From the sequence record OY720021: a DNA stretch of 64,000 bases. The stretch is one strand, 5' to 3'. Below are positions 1-9,796 of the stretch, in pieces. Source of the DNA: Escherichia phage vB_Eco_Solly. The position numbers were made by a program, and so were the translations under genes. A model generated the notes under the pieces. It searched no databases. It was not told where the DNA came from and was given only the letters and a program-made list of their open reading frames with translations. Numbering within the stretch: position 1 is the stretch's first letter; each line of letters begins with the position of its first letter.

Positions 1-888
1 GGTATGGCTACTTCTATCGCTGAACTTCAGGAAGGTTTCAACGGTTCTACCGATAACCCATGGAATGAAATGGGCTTCCGTATCGATAAACAAGTTATCG
101 AAGCTAAATCTCGCCAGCTGAAAGCTGCTTACTCTATCGAATTAGCACAAGACCTCCGCGCTGTTCACGGTATGGATGCTGATGCTGAACTGTCTGGTAT
201 TCTGGCTACCGAAATCATGCTGGAAATCAACCGTGAAGTTGTTGATTGGATTAACTACTCAGCTCAGGTTGGTAAATCTGGTATGACCCTGACTCCGGGT
301 TCTAAAGCTGGTGTATTTGACTTCCAGGATCCGATTGATATTCGTGGTGCTCGCTGGGCGGGTGAATCCTTTAAAGCTCTGTTGTTCCAGATTGACAAAG
401 AAGCAGTTGAAATTGCTCGTCAGACCGGTCGTGGTGAAGGTAACTTCATTATCGCTTCCCGTAACGTAGTTAACGTTCTGGCTTCAGTTGATACTGGCAT
501 TTCTTATGCTGCACAGGGTCTGGCTACCGGCTTTAACACTGATACTACCAAGTCAGTATTTGCTGGTGTTCTGGGTGGTAAATACCGCGTATATATCGAC
601 CAGTATGCTAAACAGGATTATTTCACTGTAGGTTATAAAGGTCCGAACGAAATGGATGCTGGTATTTACTATGCTCCATATGTAGCTCTGACTCCGCTGC
701 GTGGTTCCGATCCGAAGAACTTCCAACCAGTAATGGGATTCAAAACTCGTTACGGTATCGGTATCAACCCATTTGCAGAATCCGCTGCTCAGGCTCCGGC
801 TTCTCGCATTCAGAGTGGTATGCCTTCTATCCTGAACAGCCTTGGTAAGAACGCTTACTTCCGCCGTGTATATGTTAAAGGTATCTAA
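1..888 (+). CDS. 23: Major capsid protein gp23, C-terminal 294 codons (5' end lies outside window)
   Basis: ORF track 4..888 in frame with window edge; shares ELAQDL / ATE(I/M) / YYAPY motifs with the downstream gp24 paralog; followed by GC hairpin and the gene 24 late promoter. Confidence 0.92.
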   Translation, partial: GMATSIAELQEGFNGSTDNPWNEMGFRIDKQVIEAKSRQLKAAYSIELAQDLRAVHGMDADAELSGILATEIMLEINREVVDWINYSAQVGKSGMTLTPGSKAGVFDFQDPIDIRGARWAGESFKALLFQIDKEAVEIARQTGRGEGNFIIASRNVVNVLASVDTGISYAAQGLATGFNTDTTKSVFAGVLGGKYRVYIDQYAKQDYFTVGYKGPNEMDAGIYYAPYVALTPLRGSDPKNFQPVMGFKTRYGIGINPFAESAAQAPASRIQSGMPSILNSLGKNAYFRRVYVKGI

Positions 889-902
889 TCTTTGACGATT
901 TA

Positions 903-932
903 AGGGACCTTCGGGTCCCTTTAGTTGTTTTT
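903..932 (+). terminator. Intrinsic terminator hairpin after gene 23
   Basis: AGGGACC-TTCG-GGTCCCT stem-loop followed by T-rich tract. Confidence 0.7.
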
Positions 933-936
933 ATGG

Positions 937-944
937 TATAAATA
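937..944 (+). promoter_or_regulatory. Late promoter TATAAATA for gene 24
   Basis: Exact TATAAATA 28 nt upstream of gene 24 ATG. Confidence 0.7.
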
Positions 945-971
945 AATCATATAAACTGAAAGGAAAGCGCA

Positions 972-2255
972 ATGGCTAAAATCAACGAACTTCTGCGCGA
1001 ATCAACCACAACGAATAGCAACTCAATCGGTCGCCCAAATCTCGTTGCTTTGACTCGCGCTACCACTAAATTAATATATTCTGACATTGTAGCAACGCAA
1101 AGAACTAATCAACCTGTTGCTGCTTTTTATGGTATCAAATACCTTAACCCAGACAATGAATTTACATTTAAAACTGGTGCTACTTACGCTGGCGAAGCTG
1201 GATATGTAGACCGAGAACAAATCACAGAATTAACAGAAGAGTCTAAATTAACTCTCAATAAAGGCGATTTATTCAAATATAATAATATCGTTTATAAAGT
1301 ATTAGAAGATACTCCATTTGCTGATATTGAAGAAAGCGACTTAGAGTTAGCTCTTCAAATTGCAATCGTTCTTTTAAAGGTTCGTCTATTTTCTGACGCA
1401 GCGTCAACAAGCAAATTTGAAAGCTCTGATAGTGAAATTGCGGATGCTAGATTCCAGATTAATAAATGGCAAACCGCAGTTAAATCTCGTAAACTTAAAA
1501 CTGGTATCACAGTTGAATTAGCGCAAGATTTAGAAGCAAATGGATTCGATGCTCCTAATTTCTTAGAAGATTTGCTTGCAACTGAAATGGCAGATGAAAT
1601 CAATAAAGATATTCTGCAGTCTTTGATTACAGTGTCAAAACGCTATAAAGTTACAGGAATTACTGATAGTGGATTCATCGATTTGAGTTATGCATCTGCA
1701 CCTGAAGCGGGTCGTTCATTATATCGAATGGTATGTGAAATGGTTTCGCATATCCAAAAAGAATCAACTTATACAGCAACGTTCTGTGTTGCTTCTGCTC
1801 GTGCCGCTGCGATTCTTGCTGCTTCAGGTTGGTTAAAACATAAACCAGAAGATGACAAATATCTTTCACAAAATGCCTACGGGTTCTTAGCTAATGGTTT
1901 ACCACTTTATTGCGATACTAACAGCCCATTAGATTATGTAATCGTTGGCGTAGTAGAAAATATCGGTGAAAAAGAAATTGTTGGATCAATTTTCTATGCT
2001 CCGTATACAGAAGGTCTTGACTTAGATGACCCTGAACATGTAGGTGCATTTAAAGTTGTGGTTGATCCAGAAAGCTTACAACCGTCTATCGGTTTATTAG
2101 TTAGATATGCTTTATCAGCAAATCCTTATACCGTAGCAAAAGATGAAAAAGAAGCAAGAATAATTGACGGTGGAGACATGGATAAAATGGCGGGTCGTTC
2201 AGATTTGTCTGTTTTATTAGGTGTTAAATTACCAAAAATTATTATTGATGAATAA
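972..2255 (+). CDS. 24: Capsid vertex protein gp24 (gp23 paralog)
   Basis: 427 aa; clear paralogy to the gp23 fragment; TATAAATA at 937..944 and SD upstream. Confidence 0.9.
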   Translation: MAKINELLRESTTTNSNSIGRPNLVALTRATTKLIYSDIVATQRTNQPVAAFYGIKYLNPDNEFTFKTGATYAGEAGYVDREQITELTEESKLTLNKGDLFKYNNIVYKVLEDTPFADIEESDLELALQIAIVLLKVRLFSDAASTSKFESSDSEIADARFQINKWQTAVKSRKLKTGITVELAQDLEANGFDAPNFLEDLLATEMADEINKDILQSLITVSKRYKVTGITDSGFIDLSYASAPEAGRSLYRMVCEMVSHIQKESTYTATFCVASARAAAILAASGWLKHKPEDDKYLSQNAYGFLANGLPLYCDTNSPLDYVIVGVVENIGEKEIVGSIFYAPYTEGLDLDDPEHVGAFKVVVDPESLQPSIGLLVRYALSANPYTVAKDEKEARIIDGGDMDKMAGRSDLSVLLGVKLPKIIIDE

Positions 2256-2257
2256 AG

Positions 2258-2282
2258 CAAAGGGACCGAAAGGTCCCTTTTT
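2258..2282. terminator. Bidirectional terminator between convergent genes 24 and rnlB
   Basis: AAAGGGACC-GAAA-GGTCCCTTT with A/T runs on both sides. Confidence 0.7.
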
Positions 2283-2284
2283 AT

Positions 2285-3289
2285 TTAGCTCACCAACTCA
2301 ATCCAAGCTGGACGAAGTACATCTTGTACCATTTTAACTAATTCCTTTTTAATCAAAGAAGGATTATCTGCTTGAGTTAGAGTAATACCTTCACGAGAAG
2401 TTTCTTCCAAAATATCTTGAACAGTTAGCCCCATCACCTTTCCAAAATCTTTAGGACCAATTTCGCCAATTTTAGAAATAACGTTATTTACTCGGTTCAG
2501 TGTAACGTAACAAGCTAAAATTCCCACCAATTTGTTATCAGCTTCTGATAGTTCAACTTTAGCTTTAATAGGCTTATCGGACTTTTTCTTTTCACTAAAT
2601 TTGGAATTCTTGCATTTAATTGCTACACGATTTCCATTACGAAGCCAAGAAGGATAACAAGGTTTCAATACATATCCTTCAGCGGTAAATACTTCGCCTT
2701 TTGCTTCGGCATTCCAAACGCATTTATTTGCATCAACTAATCCAGCATGGTCTACTGTAAAATTATAATCTTGGACGACAGAATCTAAATCATTTGGCAA
2801 TTTAATAAGCTCTTCAAATTTACCGCGACCTAAAAGTGGAGCCATTTTAAATTTAAATGTATTGCAGAATGATTCCATCATATAATCATCGACATAAGTC
2901 ACATCACCACTTTCTGTAATAACAATAATGTCAAATACATAAAAATCTTTATCACCATAATCGACATTCTTCTGAATGCCAGGTCCAGCGAATTCGCCAA
3001 AGACTTGATAAGATACAACCGCTGAAGTTTCCATAATATCTTGTACTGCTTTAATGGAATCAGCGTAATTCTTTAAAATAATTTCATACCCAAAGAAATC
3101 TTCAGCAGGAAGAATGGGGCCAGTACGTTTAGCGCAAGTCACTTTATCACGCTCAATAATCAACGAGAAATTTGTGCCGTGAATCTTTTCACGAGCTACC
3201 CATTCCCCACCAGTCAATCCCAAACTATAAAGTTTTTCAATAAATTTAGAGTTGTAATGATTTTCAAGACTGCTATACTTTTTAAACAT
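2285..3289 (-). CDS. rnlB: RNA ligase 2 (Rnl2)
   Basis: 334 aa; nucleotidyltransferase motif I KIHGTN near N-terminus; T4 rnlB position after gene 24. Confidence 0.85.
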   Translation of the reverse strand: MFKKYSSLENHYNSKFIEKLYSLGLTGGEWVAREKIHGTNFSLIIERDKVTCAKRTGPILPAEDFFGYEIILKNYADSIKAVQDIMETSAVVSYQVFGEFAGPGIQKNVDYGDKDFYVFDIIVITESGDVTYVDDYMMESFCNTFKFKMAPLLGRGKFEELIKLPNDLDSVVQDYNFTVDHAGLVDANKCVWNAEAKGEVFTAEGYVLKPCYPSWLRNGNRVAIKCKNSKFSEKKKSDKPIKAKVELSEADNKLVGILACYVTLNRVNNVISKIGEIGPKDFGKVMGLTVQDILEETSREGITLTQADNPSLIKKELVKMVQDVLRPAWIELVS

Positions 3290-3298
3290 AATTAATCC

Positions 3299-3577
3299 TC
3301 AAAATGTAATTTCTAACCAATCACCATCACGCTGATCACTATTGACTTTAAAGCTGAATCCTTCTTTTCTCAGCCAATCACCAATTTCTTCAGTAATCAA
3401 TTTATCACGAGCAATACAATAATAATTAAAATGTGTTTTACCTTGTTCAGCTGCTTTATTAGCAAGTTCCGAAAAATCTTTAATAAAACACTCTAGCTTA
3501 AACTGTTTACTTTTGAATGCTTTTTCGCGTAATTGATTAGCAAAAGATTCATTTTCATAAAGATCATACTGTTCCAT
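3299..3577 (-). CDS. Hypothetical protein (T4 24.2-like position)
   Basis: 92 aa ORF tightly packed between rnlB and hoc. Confidence 0.5.
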   Translation of the reverse strand: MEQYDLYENESFANQLREKAFKSKQFKLECFIKDFSELANKAAEQGKTHFNYYCIARDKLITEEIGDWLRKEGFSFKVNSDQRDGDWLEITF

Positions 3578-3779
3578 TTTTCACCTTTTTATTGATATGT
3601 CTTTTTCTATAGACAACTTTTTCTCGAGTTTCAAATTTATTCTTAGCAGTCATAGCTCGAGCCCATAATACAGCCACTTCTTTCACCTGTAAGTTTAATT
3701 CACGAGCAATTTCAATGAATGACTTTCCAGACTCATGAAGAGTAAACACCACAACCTCAGTTCTCATAATCAATCTCAT
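3564..3779 (-). CDS. Small helix-turn-helix protein (T4 24.3-like position)
   Basis: 71 aa; HTH-like segment SGKSFIEIARELNLQVKEV; true start may be an internal Met. Confidence 0.5.
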   Translation of the reverse strand: MRLIMRTEVVVFTLHESGKSFIEIARELNLQVKEVAVLWARAMTAKNKFETREKVVYRKRHINKKVKNGTV

Positions 3780-3868
3780 GTTATCGAGTTGGTGCCATTA
3801 TATACATCATTTTCTGATTGTGTTTTGTGTGCTTTCAAAATGAAGAAAGGGGCCGAAGCCCCTTATGA

Positions 3869-5287
3869 TTATGGATAGGTATAGATGATACCAGTTTCTA
3901 AAGCAGTTTTGTGAATGATGTATCCATTACGCGATTCTTGGACATCAACTTCTGGATAGTCTTTCATCATCTTCTGAAGAGTGTAACGATGCAGGTAGTA
4001 TTTACTATCTGGATCTTCAGTTTTCCAATCTTTACCTTCTTCAGTCATTTTTTGGATTTCATCCATAACCCACCAACCGCACCAGATGTAAGCTGAGCTA
4101 CGGTGTGGAAGAGGATGAACATAAGGTAATTCACCTTCTGGTTCTGGAGCAACTTTATCAGTTACCTGAACTTGACCTTCTGCCGTAATAGTTTTGCTAT
4201 CATAATCAGCAGCAGTAACAGTTGCAGTAACTTCAATAGTTTGACTTCCAATAGATGAGGTATCAACTGTATATACATTAGTTGACCCTTCTACAGGAGA
4301 AGAATCTTTCTTCCATGAATACTCAATTTGCGCTTCTTCTGGAGCATCAGTGACATTAGCAGTAAATGTAGCCGAAGCATCTTGCTGAACGTTAATAGAA
4401 GGAGGAGACAATGTAACCTGTGGATTCATTGTCTTCTTATTAACCGTTAATGATACTTCATTCGAAGTAACTTCCTTTTCATTGTAATTTTCAGCAGTTA
4501 CTTGGGCTACGCATTTAATTCTTTTTACTCCACTTGTAGTTGGAGTATAGTTAAATGTAGAGTTAGTTTCTCCACCAACTTGTGAATCATCTACATACCA
4601 CTGATACGTAGCAGATGCTCCATCAGGTTGAGAAGCTAAGGCAGCAGTAAATTGAACTGGGGTTCCGATTACTCCTGCTGGAGGACTATCAGGAGTTACT
4701 GCCAAGGTAGTTGTCTGCTCCTTTTTATTAACAGTCAGTGATACTTCATTAGAAGTAACGCTTAGTGCATCATAATCTGTCGCAGTTACTTGAGCCACAC
4801 ACTTAATTCTTTTTACCCCGCTTTCGGCAGGAGTGTAATTGAACGTAGCGTTAGTTGCTTCGCCCACAGGAGAATCATCTACATACCATTGATAAGTAGC
4901 GTTTGCGCCCGATGGCTGCGAAGCTAAAGCGGCAGTAAATTCAATAGCTGTTCCGATTACTCCAGCGTCAGGGCTATTAGGAGTTACAGCTAAGGTGGTC
5001 GTTTGTGTCTTATTTTGAACTGTGATAGTTGTAGTAGCTTCTGCTGTTTCAGCATCAGTATCTGGGACTGGGTTTGTTGCAACTACTTTAATAGTCTTTT
5101 GACCGGCAGGTCCTTTTAATACATAATTAAAAGTTGCTTCAGCTCCATCTTGTGGAACATCATCTACAGTCCAAGCATATGTAATAGGTCCATCTCCAGT
5201 TTGACCACTGGGTGTAGCAGTAAACTGCTGAGTCTGATCTATAACTCCAGTAGGTGTTTTAGGAGTTATATCAACTGTAAAAGCCAT
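3869..5287 (-). CDS. hoc: Highly immunogenic outer capsid protein Hoc with four Ig-like domains
   Basis: 472 aa; Ig-like repeats rich in T/V/S with YxW and KCVAQVTA motifs; two near-identical 96-aa tandem units; aromatic C-terminal capsid-binding region. Confidence 0.85.
   Translation of the reverse strand: MAFTVDITPKTPTGVIDQTQQFTATPSGQTGDGPITYAWTVDDVPQDGAEATFNYVLKGPAGQKTIKVVATNPVPDTDAETAEATTTITVQNKTQTTTLAVTPNSPDAGVIGTAIEFTAALASQPSGANATYQWYVDDSPVGEATNATFNYTPAESGVKRIKCVAQVTATDYDALSVTSNEVSLTVNKKEQTTTLAVTPDSPPAGVIGTPVQFTAALASQPDGASATYQWYVDDSQVGGETNSTFNYTPTTSGVKRIKCVAQVTAENYNEKEVTSNEVSLTVNKKTMNPQVTLSPPSINVQQDASATFTANVTDAPEEAQIEYSWKKDSSPVEGSTNVYTVDTSSIGSQTIEVTATVTAADYDSKTITAEGQVQVTDKVAPEPEGELPYVHPLPHRSSAYIWCGWWVMDEIQKMTEEGKDWKTEDPDSKYYLHRYTLQKMMKDYPEVDVQESRNGYIIHKTALETGIIYTYP
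4433..5008 (-). repeat. Tandem direct duplication of a 288-bp Ig-domain unit inside hoc
   Basis: Units about 4433..4720 and 4721..5008 align with mostly synonymous or conservative differences. Confidence 0.8.
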
Positions 5288-5296
5288 AAGTTATCC

Positions 5297-5977
5297 TTAT
5301 TTTAATGTTACGAAAGAAGAATTGCGTGTTTCACGAATTAAAACTGATCCGTCACGGTTAATGTAATAAATTAAGCTAAATAAAGTTTGGTGTGCTGACG
5401 CATGCTCAAAACTAGTTGGGTGAGATTTCCAATCAGGAGTTTCAGCAATCCATTGATAAATCCACCAAGGAACAGTGCAGAATCCTGGATTTTTTCCAAT
5501 CAGCTGAAGATTCGGACTAAAGTTTTCCGGAAGAGTAAATACAGACGGCTTTTCAGATTCAATAATCTCAGCTACAGCCTGTTCAAACTTTTCTTCAACA
5601 AAGGGAGTATCTTCAATCAAAACTGAGGTATTTTCAGGAATTTTATCCGTTTCTACTACTTCAATTTTAATGTCAGATTTAACCGGAGAATCAATCAGAA
5701 GTGCTGCTTCTGGATTGACTTCTTCATCGTCATATTTTAATCCCTCTGCGGCATCAGCAGCATCAATTAAGTCTTTAATAGATAACCCATCAGTCTCTGG
5801 CATAGGTTCACTAGCGAGCTTCTGGAGGGCTTCTTCAATATCAACAACGATATTATCAAAAGATTTATTCTTTTTGACCTTTATACCAAACTGTTCAGCA
5901 TATTCAGCTAATTTAGCTTTAGCTTCTTTATTATCATCAAGAGCCTTCAGCTCTGCAATATAATCTTTATCTATCAT
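5297..5977 (-). CDS. inh: Inh-like acidic protein (inhibitor of prohead protease)
   Basis: 226 aa acidic ORF between hoc and uvsW; SD GAGGAAA upstream of ATG. Confidence 0.65.
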   Translation of the reverse strand: MIDKDYIAELKALDDNKEAKAKLAEYAEQFGIKVKKNKSFDNIVVDIEEALQKLASEPMPETDGLSIKDLIDAADAAEGLKYDDEEVNPEAALLIDSPVKSDIKIEVVETDKIPENTSVLIEDTPFVEEKFEQAVAEIIESEKPSVFTLPENFSPNLQLIGKNPGFCTVPWWIYQWIAETPDWKSHPTSFEHASAHQTLFSLIYYINRDGSVLIRETRNSSFVTLK

Positions 5978-5990
5978 AATATTTCCTCAG

Positions 5991-5998
5991 TATAAATA
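5991..5998 (+). promoter_or_regulatory. Late promoter TATAAATA upstream of uvsW
   Basis: Exact TATAAATA 30 nt upstream of uvsW ATG. Confidence 0.6.
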
Positions 5999-6027
5999 TA
6001 GATATATTTATTACATGGTATTTAGAC

Positions 6028-7539
6028 ATGATTGACATTAAAGCACATTTTTATGATTTTAGTCACGTGAGAATTGACTGTGAAGAAAGTACATTTCATG
6101 AACTCCGTGATTTCTTTAGCTTTGAAGCTGATGGGTATCGTTTTAATCCGAAATACAAATATGGCCACTGGGATGGACGAATCCGTCTTTTAGATTATAA
6201 TCGTCTTCTTCCATTCGGCTTAGTCGGGCAAATTAAAAAGTTCTGTGATAACTTTGGCTATAAAGCCTGGATTGACCCGCAAATTAACGAAAAAGAAGAA
6301 TTATCAAGAAAAGATTTTGATGAATGGCTTTCTAAATTAGAAATCTATTCAGGAAATAAAAGAATTGAACCGCACTGGTATCAAAAAGATGCAGTGTTCG
6401 AAGGATTAGTTAATCGTCGTAGAATTCTTAATCTTCCAACATCCGCTGGTAAATCGTTAATTCAAGCTTTGCTTGCTCGGTATTATTTGGAAAATTATGA
6501 AGGTAAAATTCTTATCATTGTTCCAACAACTGCCTTAACAACTCAGATGGCTGATGACTTCGTCGACTATCGTCTATTCAGTCATGCAATGATAAAGAAA
6601 ATTGGTGGCGGAGCATCAAAAGATGATAAATATAAAAATGATGCACCAGTCGTTGTTGGTACATGGCAAACTGTAGTTAAACAACCAAAAGAATGGTTCT
6701 CACAGTTTGGAATGATGATGAATGATGAATGCCATCTTGCTACAGGAAAAAGTATTTCATCTATCATATCAGGTTTAAATAACTGCATGTTCAAATTCGG
6801 TTTGTCTGGTTCATTACGTGATGGCAAAGCTAATATCATGCAGTATGTTGGGATGTTTGGTGAAATATTTAAACCAGTAACGACTTCTAAATTAATGGAA
6901 GATGGACAAGTAACTGAGCTAAAAATTAATAGTATTTTTCTTCGCTATCCCGATGAGTTCACTACTAAATTAAAGGGAAAAACTTATCAAGAAGAAATAA
7001 AAATTATTACGGGGCTTAGTAAAAGAAATAAATGGATCGCTAAATTAGCTATTAAGCTTGCGCAAAAAGATGAAAACGCTTTTGTCATGTTTAAACATGT
7101 ATCACATGGTAAAGCTATTTTCGATTTAATTAAAAATGAATACGATAAAGTTTATTACGTATCAGGGGAAGTTGATACCGAAACCCGCAATATAATGAAA
7201 ACCTTAGCTGAAAATGGTAAAGGAATAATTATAGTAGCTAGTTATGGTGTATTTTCTACTGGTATTTCAGTTAAAAATCTGCATCACGTTGTTTTAGCGC
7301 ACGGTGTTAAATCAAAAATCATTGTATTACAAACAATCGGTCGTGTATTACGTAAGCATGGTTCTAAGACAATAGCAACCGTCTGGGACCTCATAGATGA
7401 TTGTGGCGTTAAGCCAAAATCTGCTAATACGAAAAAGAAATATGTTCATTTGAACTATCTTTTAAAACACGGCATTGATCGTATTCAGCGCTATGCAGAT
7501 GAAAAATTTAATTACGTAATGAAAACAGTTAATTTATAA
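6028..7539 (+). CDS. uvsW: UvsW SF2 DNA helicase, helicase core (ORF ends prematurely relative to a fused 587-aa form)
   Basis: 503 aa; Walker A PTSAGKS and DECH box; stop TAA 7537..7539 inside a stretch where the downstream frame is already open. Confidence 0.9.
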   Translation: MIDIKAHFYDFSHVRIDCEESTFHELRDFFSFEADGYRFNPKYKYGHWDGRIRLLDYNRLLPFGLVGQIKKFCDNFGYKAWIDPQINEKEELSRKDFDEWLSKLEIYSGNKRIEPHWYQKDAVFEGLVNRRRILNLPTSAGKSLIQALLARYYLENYEGKILIIVPTTALTTQMADDFVDYRLFSHAMIKKIGGGASKDDKYKNDAPVVVGTWQTVVKQPKEWFSQFGMMMNDECHLATGKSISSIISGLNNCMFKFGLSGSLRDGKANIMQYVGMFGEIFKPVTTSKLMEDGQVTELKINSIFLRYPDEFTTKLKGKTYQEEIKIITGLSKRNKWIAKLAIKLAQKDENAFVMFKHVSHGKAIFDLIKNEYDKVYYVSGEVDTETRNIMKTLAENGKGIIIVASYGVFSTGISVKNLHHVVLAHGVKSKIIVLQTIGRVLRKHGSKTIATVWDLIDDCGVKPKSANTKKKYVHLNYLLKHGIDRIQRYADEKFNYVMKTVNL

Positions 7540-7552
7540 GGGCTTCGGCCCT
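7540..7552 (+). terminator. GC hairpin at the uvsW / uvsW.1 junction
   Basis: GGGC-TTCG-GCCC then TTT; lies within the frame-break region. Confidence 0.4.
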
Positions 7553-7564
7553 TTGGAGAAAAAG

Positions 7565-7795
7565 ATGTTACTAGAATTTAAACAATTTCTTTATGAAGCT
7601 TCTATTGATGAATTTATGGGTAAAATTGCCTCTTGTCAAACATTAGAAGGTTTAGAAGAACTTGAAGCTTATTACAAGAAAAGAGTCAAAGAAACTGAAT
7701 TAAAAGATACTGATGACATCTCAGTTAGAGATGCTTTGGCAGGAAAAAGAGCTGAATTAGAAGATTCAGACGATGAAGTAGAAGAAAGCTTTTAA
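7565..7795 (+). CDS. uvsW.1: UvsW.1-like ORF = C-terminal domain of UvsW in a different frame
   Basis: Frame +1 relative to uvsW, open from 7523; ATG at 7565 preceded by GGAG; acidic C-terminus. Confidence 0.65.
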   Translation: MLLEFKQFLYEASIDEFMGKIASCQTLEGLEELEAYYKKRVKETELKDTDDISVRDALAGKRAELEDSDDEVEESF

Positions 7796-7850
7796 ATTAA
7801 AAAAGGCCCAACCAAAAAGGAAGGGCCAAAACTATAGACTAAAGGTCACA

Positions 7851-8018
7851 CTATAGCAAAAGTTGTGTTTCATTTAATTGTTCTTCCGAACTTTCTGAAA
7901 CTGGTAGTTCTTTAATGTAATTATAGCAAGGCCCAGGATGTACAGGACCTTTGTCTGTTTCAACAACCAATGCAGAATCGATTGGAGTTTTACAGACAAC
8001 ACAAATCTTATCTGACAT
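7851..8018 (-). CDS. Small Cys-containing protein (55 aa), below ORF-track threshold
   Basis: Manual translation MSDKICVVCKTPIDS...; strong SD GAGGAG 6 nt upstream of ATG. Confidence 0.35.
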   Translation of the reverse strand: MSDKICVVCKTPIDSALVVETDKGPVHPGPCYNYIKELPVSESSEEQLNETQLLL

Positions 8019-8046
8019 GATTGTCTCCTCTGAATTATATATCTAT

Positions 8047-8271
8047 TTATACAACTCTCATATGCATATCAATGCCCATATCTTTAGAATAAAAATATTC
8101 ATCAAGATATCCGGCAAATTTTCCTTTAATATAAAGGACATCTTCACCACACGGGTGGTCGGCCAGGATACGAATATCCTGACGCTTAAGATTATGCTTT
8201 TTCATTAAGAATTGAATTTCCATTTCAAATTCTTCTTCATAATTAAAAGCATCATCAATGCTATATCTCAT
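8047..8271 (-). CDS. Hypothetical protein immediately downstream of uvsY
   Basis: 74 aa ORF; its start overlaps the uvsY stop. Confidence 0.5.
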   Translation of the reverse strand: MRYSIDDAFNYEEEFEMEIQFLMKKHNLKRQDIRILADHPCGEDVLYIKGKFAGYLDEYFYSKDMGIDMHMRVV

Positions 8272-8684
8272 TATTTTCCAGCCTCAAATGCTCGCATGTC
8301 TTGAATGTGCTTAATAGCAAATCCACGTGATTTAATAGCATCAAGAGCTCCGCTACAGAAATCTAATAAAATCCCCCAATACTGCAACGAGGTATCAACC
8401 TTTAAAACATCCTTATCAGCTGATAGAACTGTTTTCATTTCTGATTTCTCGTAACGATCCATACTAAATTCATCACCATCTCCTCGTCCCGAGTAGTAGT
8501 CTAATTTAGCTTTAAGAGCAACTTTTTTCTGTGCATCAATTCTAAGCATTTCCTTTTTAATACTTGAATGCTTATTAAGCCATTTACTATATAACATCAC
8601 ATTATTAGCTGCTTCATACTGTAATTTAGTCGAATCTATAAACACATCTTTCTTCAATTCTTCTTGAAGATCTTCTAATCTCAT
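8271..8684 (-). CDS. uvsY: UvsY recombination mediator
   Basis: 137 aa, the T4 UvsY length; MotA-box middle promoter upstream. Confidence 0.9.
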   Translation of the reverse strand: MRLEDLQEELKKDVFIDSTKLQYEAANNVMLYSKWLNKHSSIKKEMLRIDAQKKVALKAKLDYYSGRGDGDEFSMDRYEKSEMKTVLSADKDVLKVDTSLQYWGILLDFCSGALDAIKSRGFAIKHIQDMRAFEAGK

Positions 8685-8724
8685 ATTGTTCTCTATTCAA
8701 TTGTTATTGGATGGACTTAGATTC

Positions 8725-8750
8725 ATTATACCACGTTTATACGTGAAGCA
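8725..8750 (-). promoter_or_regulatory. MotA-dependent middle promoter of uvsY
   Basis: Minus strand reads TGCTTCA, 13-nt spacer, TATAAT. Confidence 0.6.
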
Positions 8751-9149
8751 TTATACTCTATTACTGGAAGCCAGTTGCAGTTTTATCTGCTCAATATCAT
8801 CGGGGTTATCGATGACCGAAAAGCGTATTTCTACTATCAGAGTATAATCATCATAAACGGGTATCACATTAACTGCTAATTTATCAATACGTGGCTCATA
8901 GTTTCTTACTGCGCTTTCGATATTGCGCTCAACTGTGTCAGCAGTAAGAGGAGTCATATTTTCAAAAAGTTGGTCTGATAAATCACATCCAAATTCAGGG
9001 TCAAACGGTCTTGAACCTTTTCTTGTTGTAATAATTCCCAAAAGACTGTTTTTAATTGACCTTAATCCAAGCGATCTGGAAACGTCTTTGTTCCAATCCA
9101 TTTTCATTTCCGGGTCAATGTCAGAATAAAGCTTATTAATATTTGACAT
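8751..9149 (-). CDS. 25: Baseplate wedge protein gp25
   Basis: 132 aa; synteny 25-26-51-27-28-29-48-54 and size match T4. Confidence 0.8.
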   Translation of the reverse strand: MSNINKLYSDIDPEMKMDWNKDVSRSLGLRSIKNSLLGIITTRKGSRPFDPEFGCDLSDQLFENMTPLTADTVERNIESAVRNYEPRIDKLAVNVIPVYDDYTLIVEIRFSVIDNPDDIEQIKLQLASSNRV

Positions 9150-9775
9150 TATAGTAACTCAAAGAACTCTTTGAGGCCTCTTATTACGTGAGCATGGGTT
9201 TTTCCACACTCTGGACACTTAATTGGAACAGCCAAATAAACAGTAGGCTTTAAAAGCATATCTTTTATAGCTACAATATCTGACTCTGTGATGATAGAAT
9301 ATAAATCTTCCAGTTCTTTTTCATTTAAGTCTTCAACTGGAATGCTTTCCCCGTTAGCGTGAATCGTTTCTATACATGATACTATCATGTGGGCTATATT
9401 TTTATCATCAAAAATTTTAGGGTATCGGAATTTAATTTTAATGTCACCCAGTGTATACCAGAGGTCTTCTGGTGCATCTATTTGTGTATGTAATAGATTT
9501 ATATGGGTTGGTATTTCAGTTCCACAGGTGCACTTCCAGGAGTTTTCGTGATTAACTTCGCCGAGAGAATGTGCCCATAAATGAATCAGCAGTAGTTCTG
9601 ATTCTTGGCGGTTTAAATCTTTTGCATTTGTGCAGTCTTTGATTAGCTTTTTAACAATTACTTCTACAGAACCATTATTTTTGGCAGTAATAAGTTCTAG
9701 ATATTCTTTAAGCGTGAATGCGCGACAATTGATTATTTTAGAACCAACTCTCACATCAAATTTGTATTCATACAT
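9149..9775 (-). CDS. 26: Baseplate hub protein gp26
   Basis: 208 aa; late promoter and SD AAGGAG upstream; overlaps gene 25 start. Confidence 0.8.
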   Translation of the reverse strand: MYEYKFDVRVGSKIINCRAFTLKEYLELITAKNNGSVEVIVKKLIKDCTNAKDLNRQESELLLIHLWAHSLGEVNHENSWKCTCGTEIPTHINLLHTQIDAPEDLWYTLGDIKIKFRYPKIFDDKNIAHMIVSCIETIHANGESIPVEDLNEKELEDLYSIITESDIVAIKDMLLKPTVYLAVPIKCPECGKTHAHVIRGLKEFFELL

Positions 9776-9796
9776 ATTTAGCTCCTTTATTTATCA

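Noticed and set aside
1355-1869. Minus-strand ORFs of 82 and 64 aa inside gene 24
   Set aside because: Entirely antisense to a well-supported structural gene, no RBS; spurious.
3911-4096. Plus-strand 61-aa ORF inside hoc
   Set aside because: Antisense to hoc, hydrophobic low-complexity translation; chance frame.
5402-5963. Plus-strand ORFs of 74 and 97 aa inside inh
   Set aside because: Antisense to inh; Ser/Ala-rich low-complexity translation mirrors the acidic sense frame.
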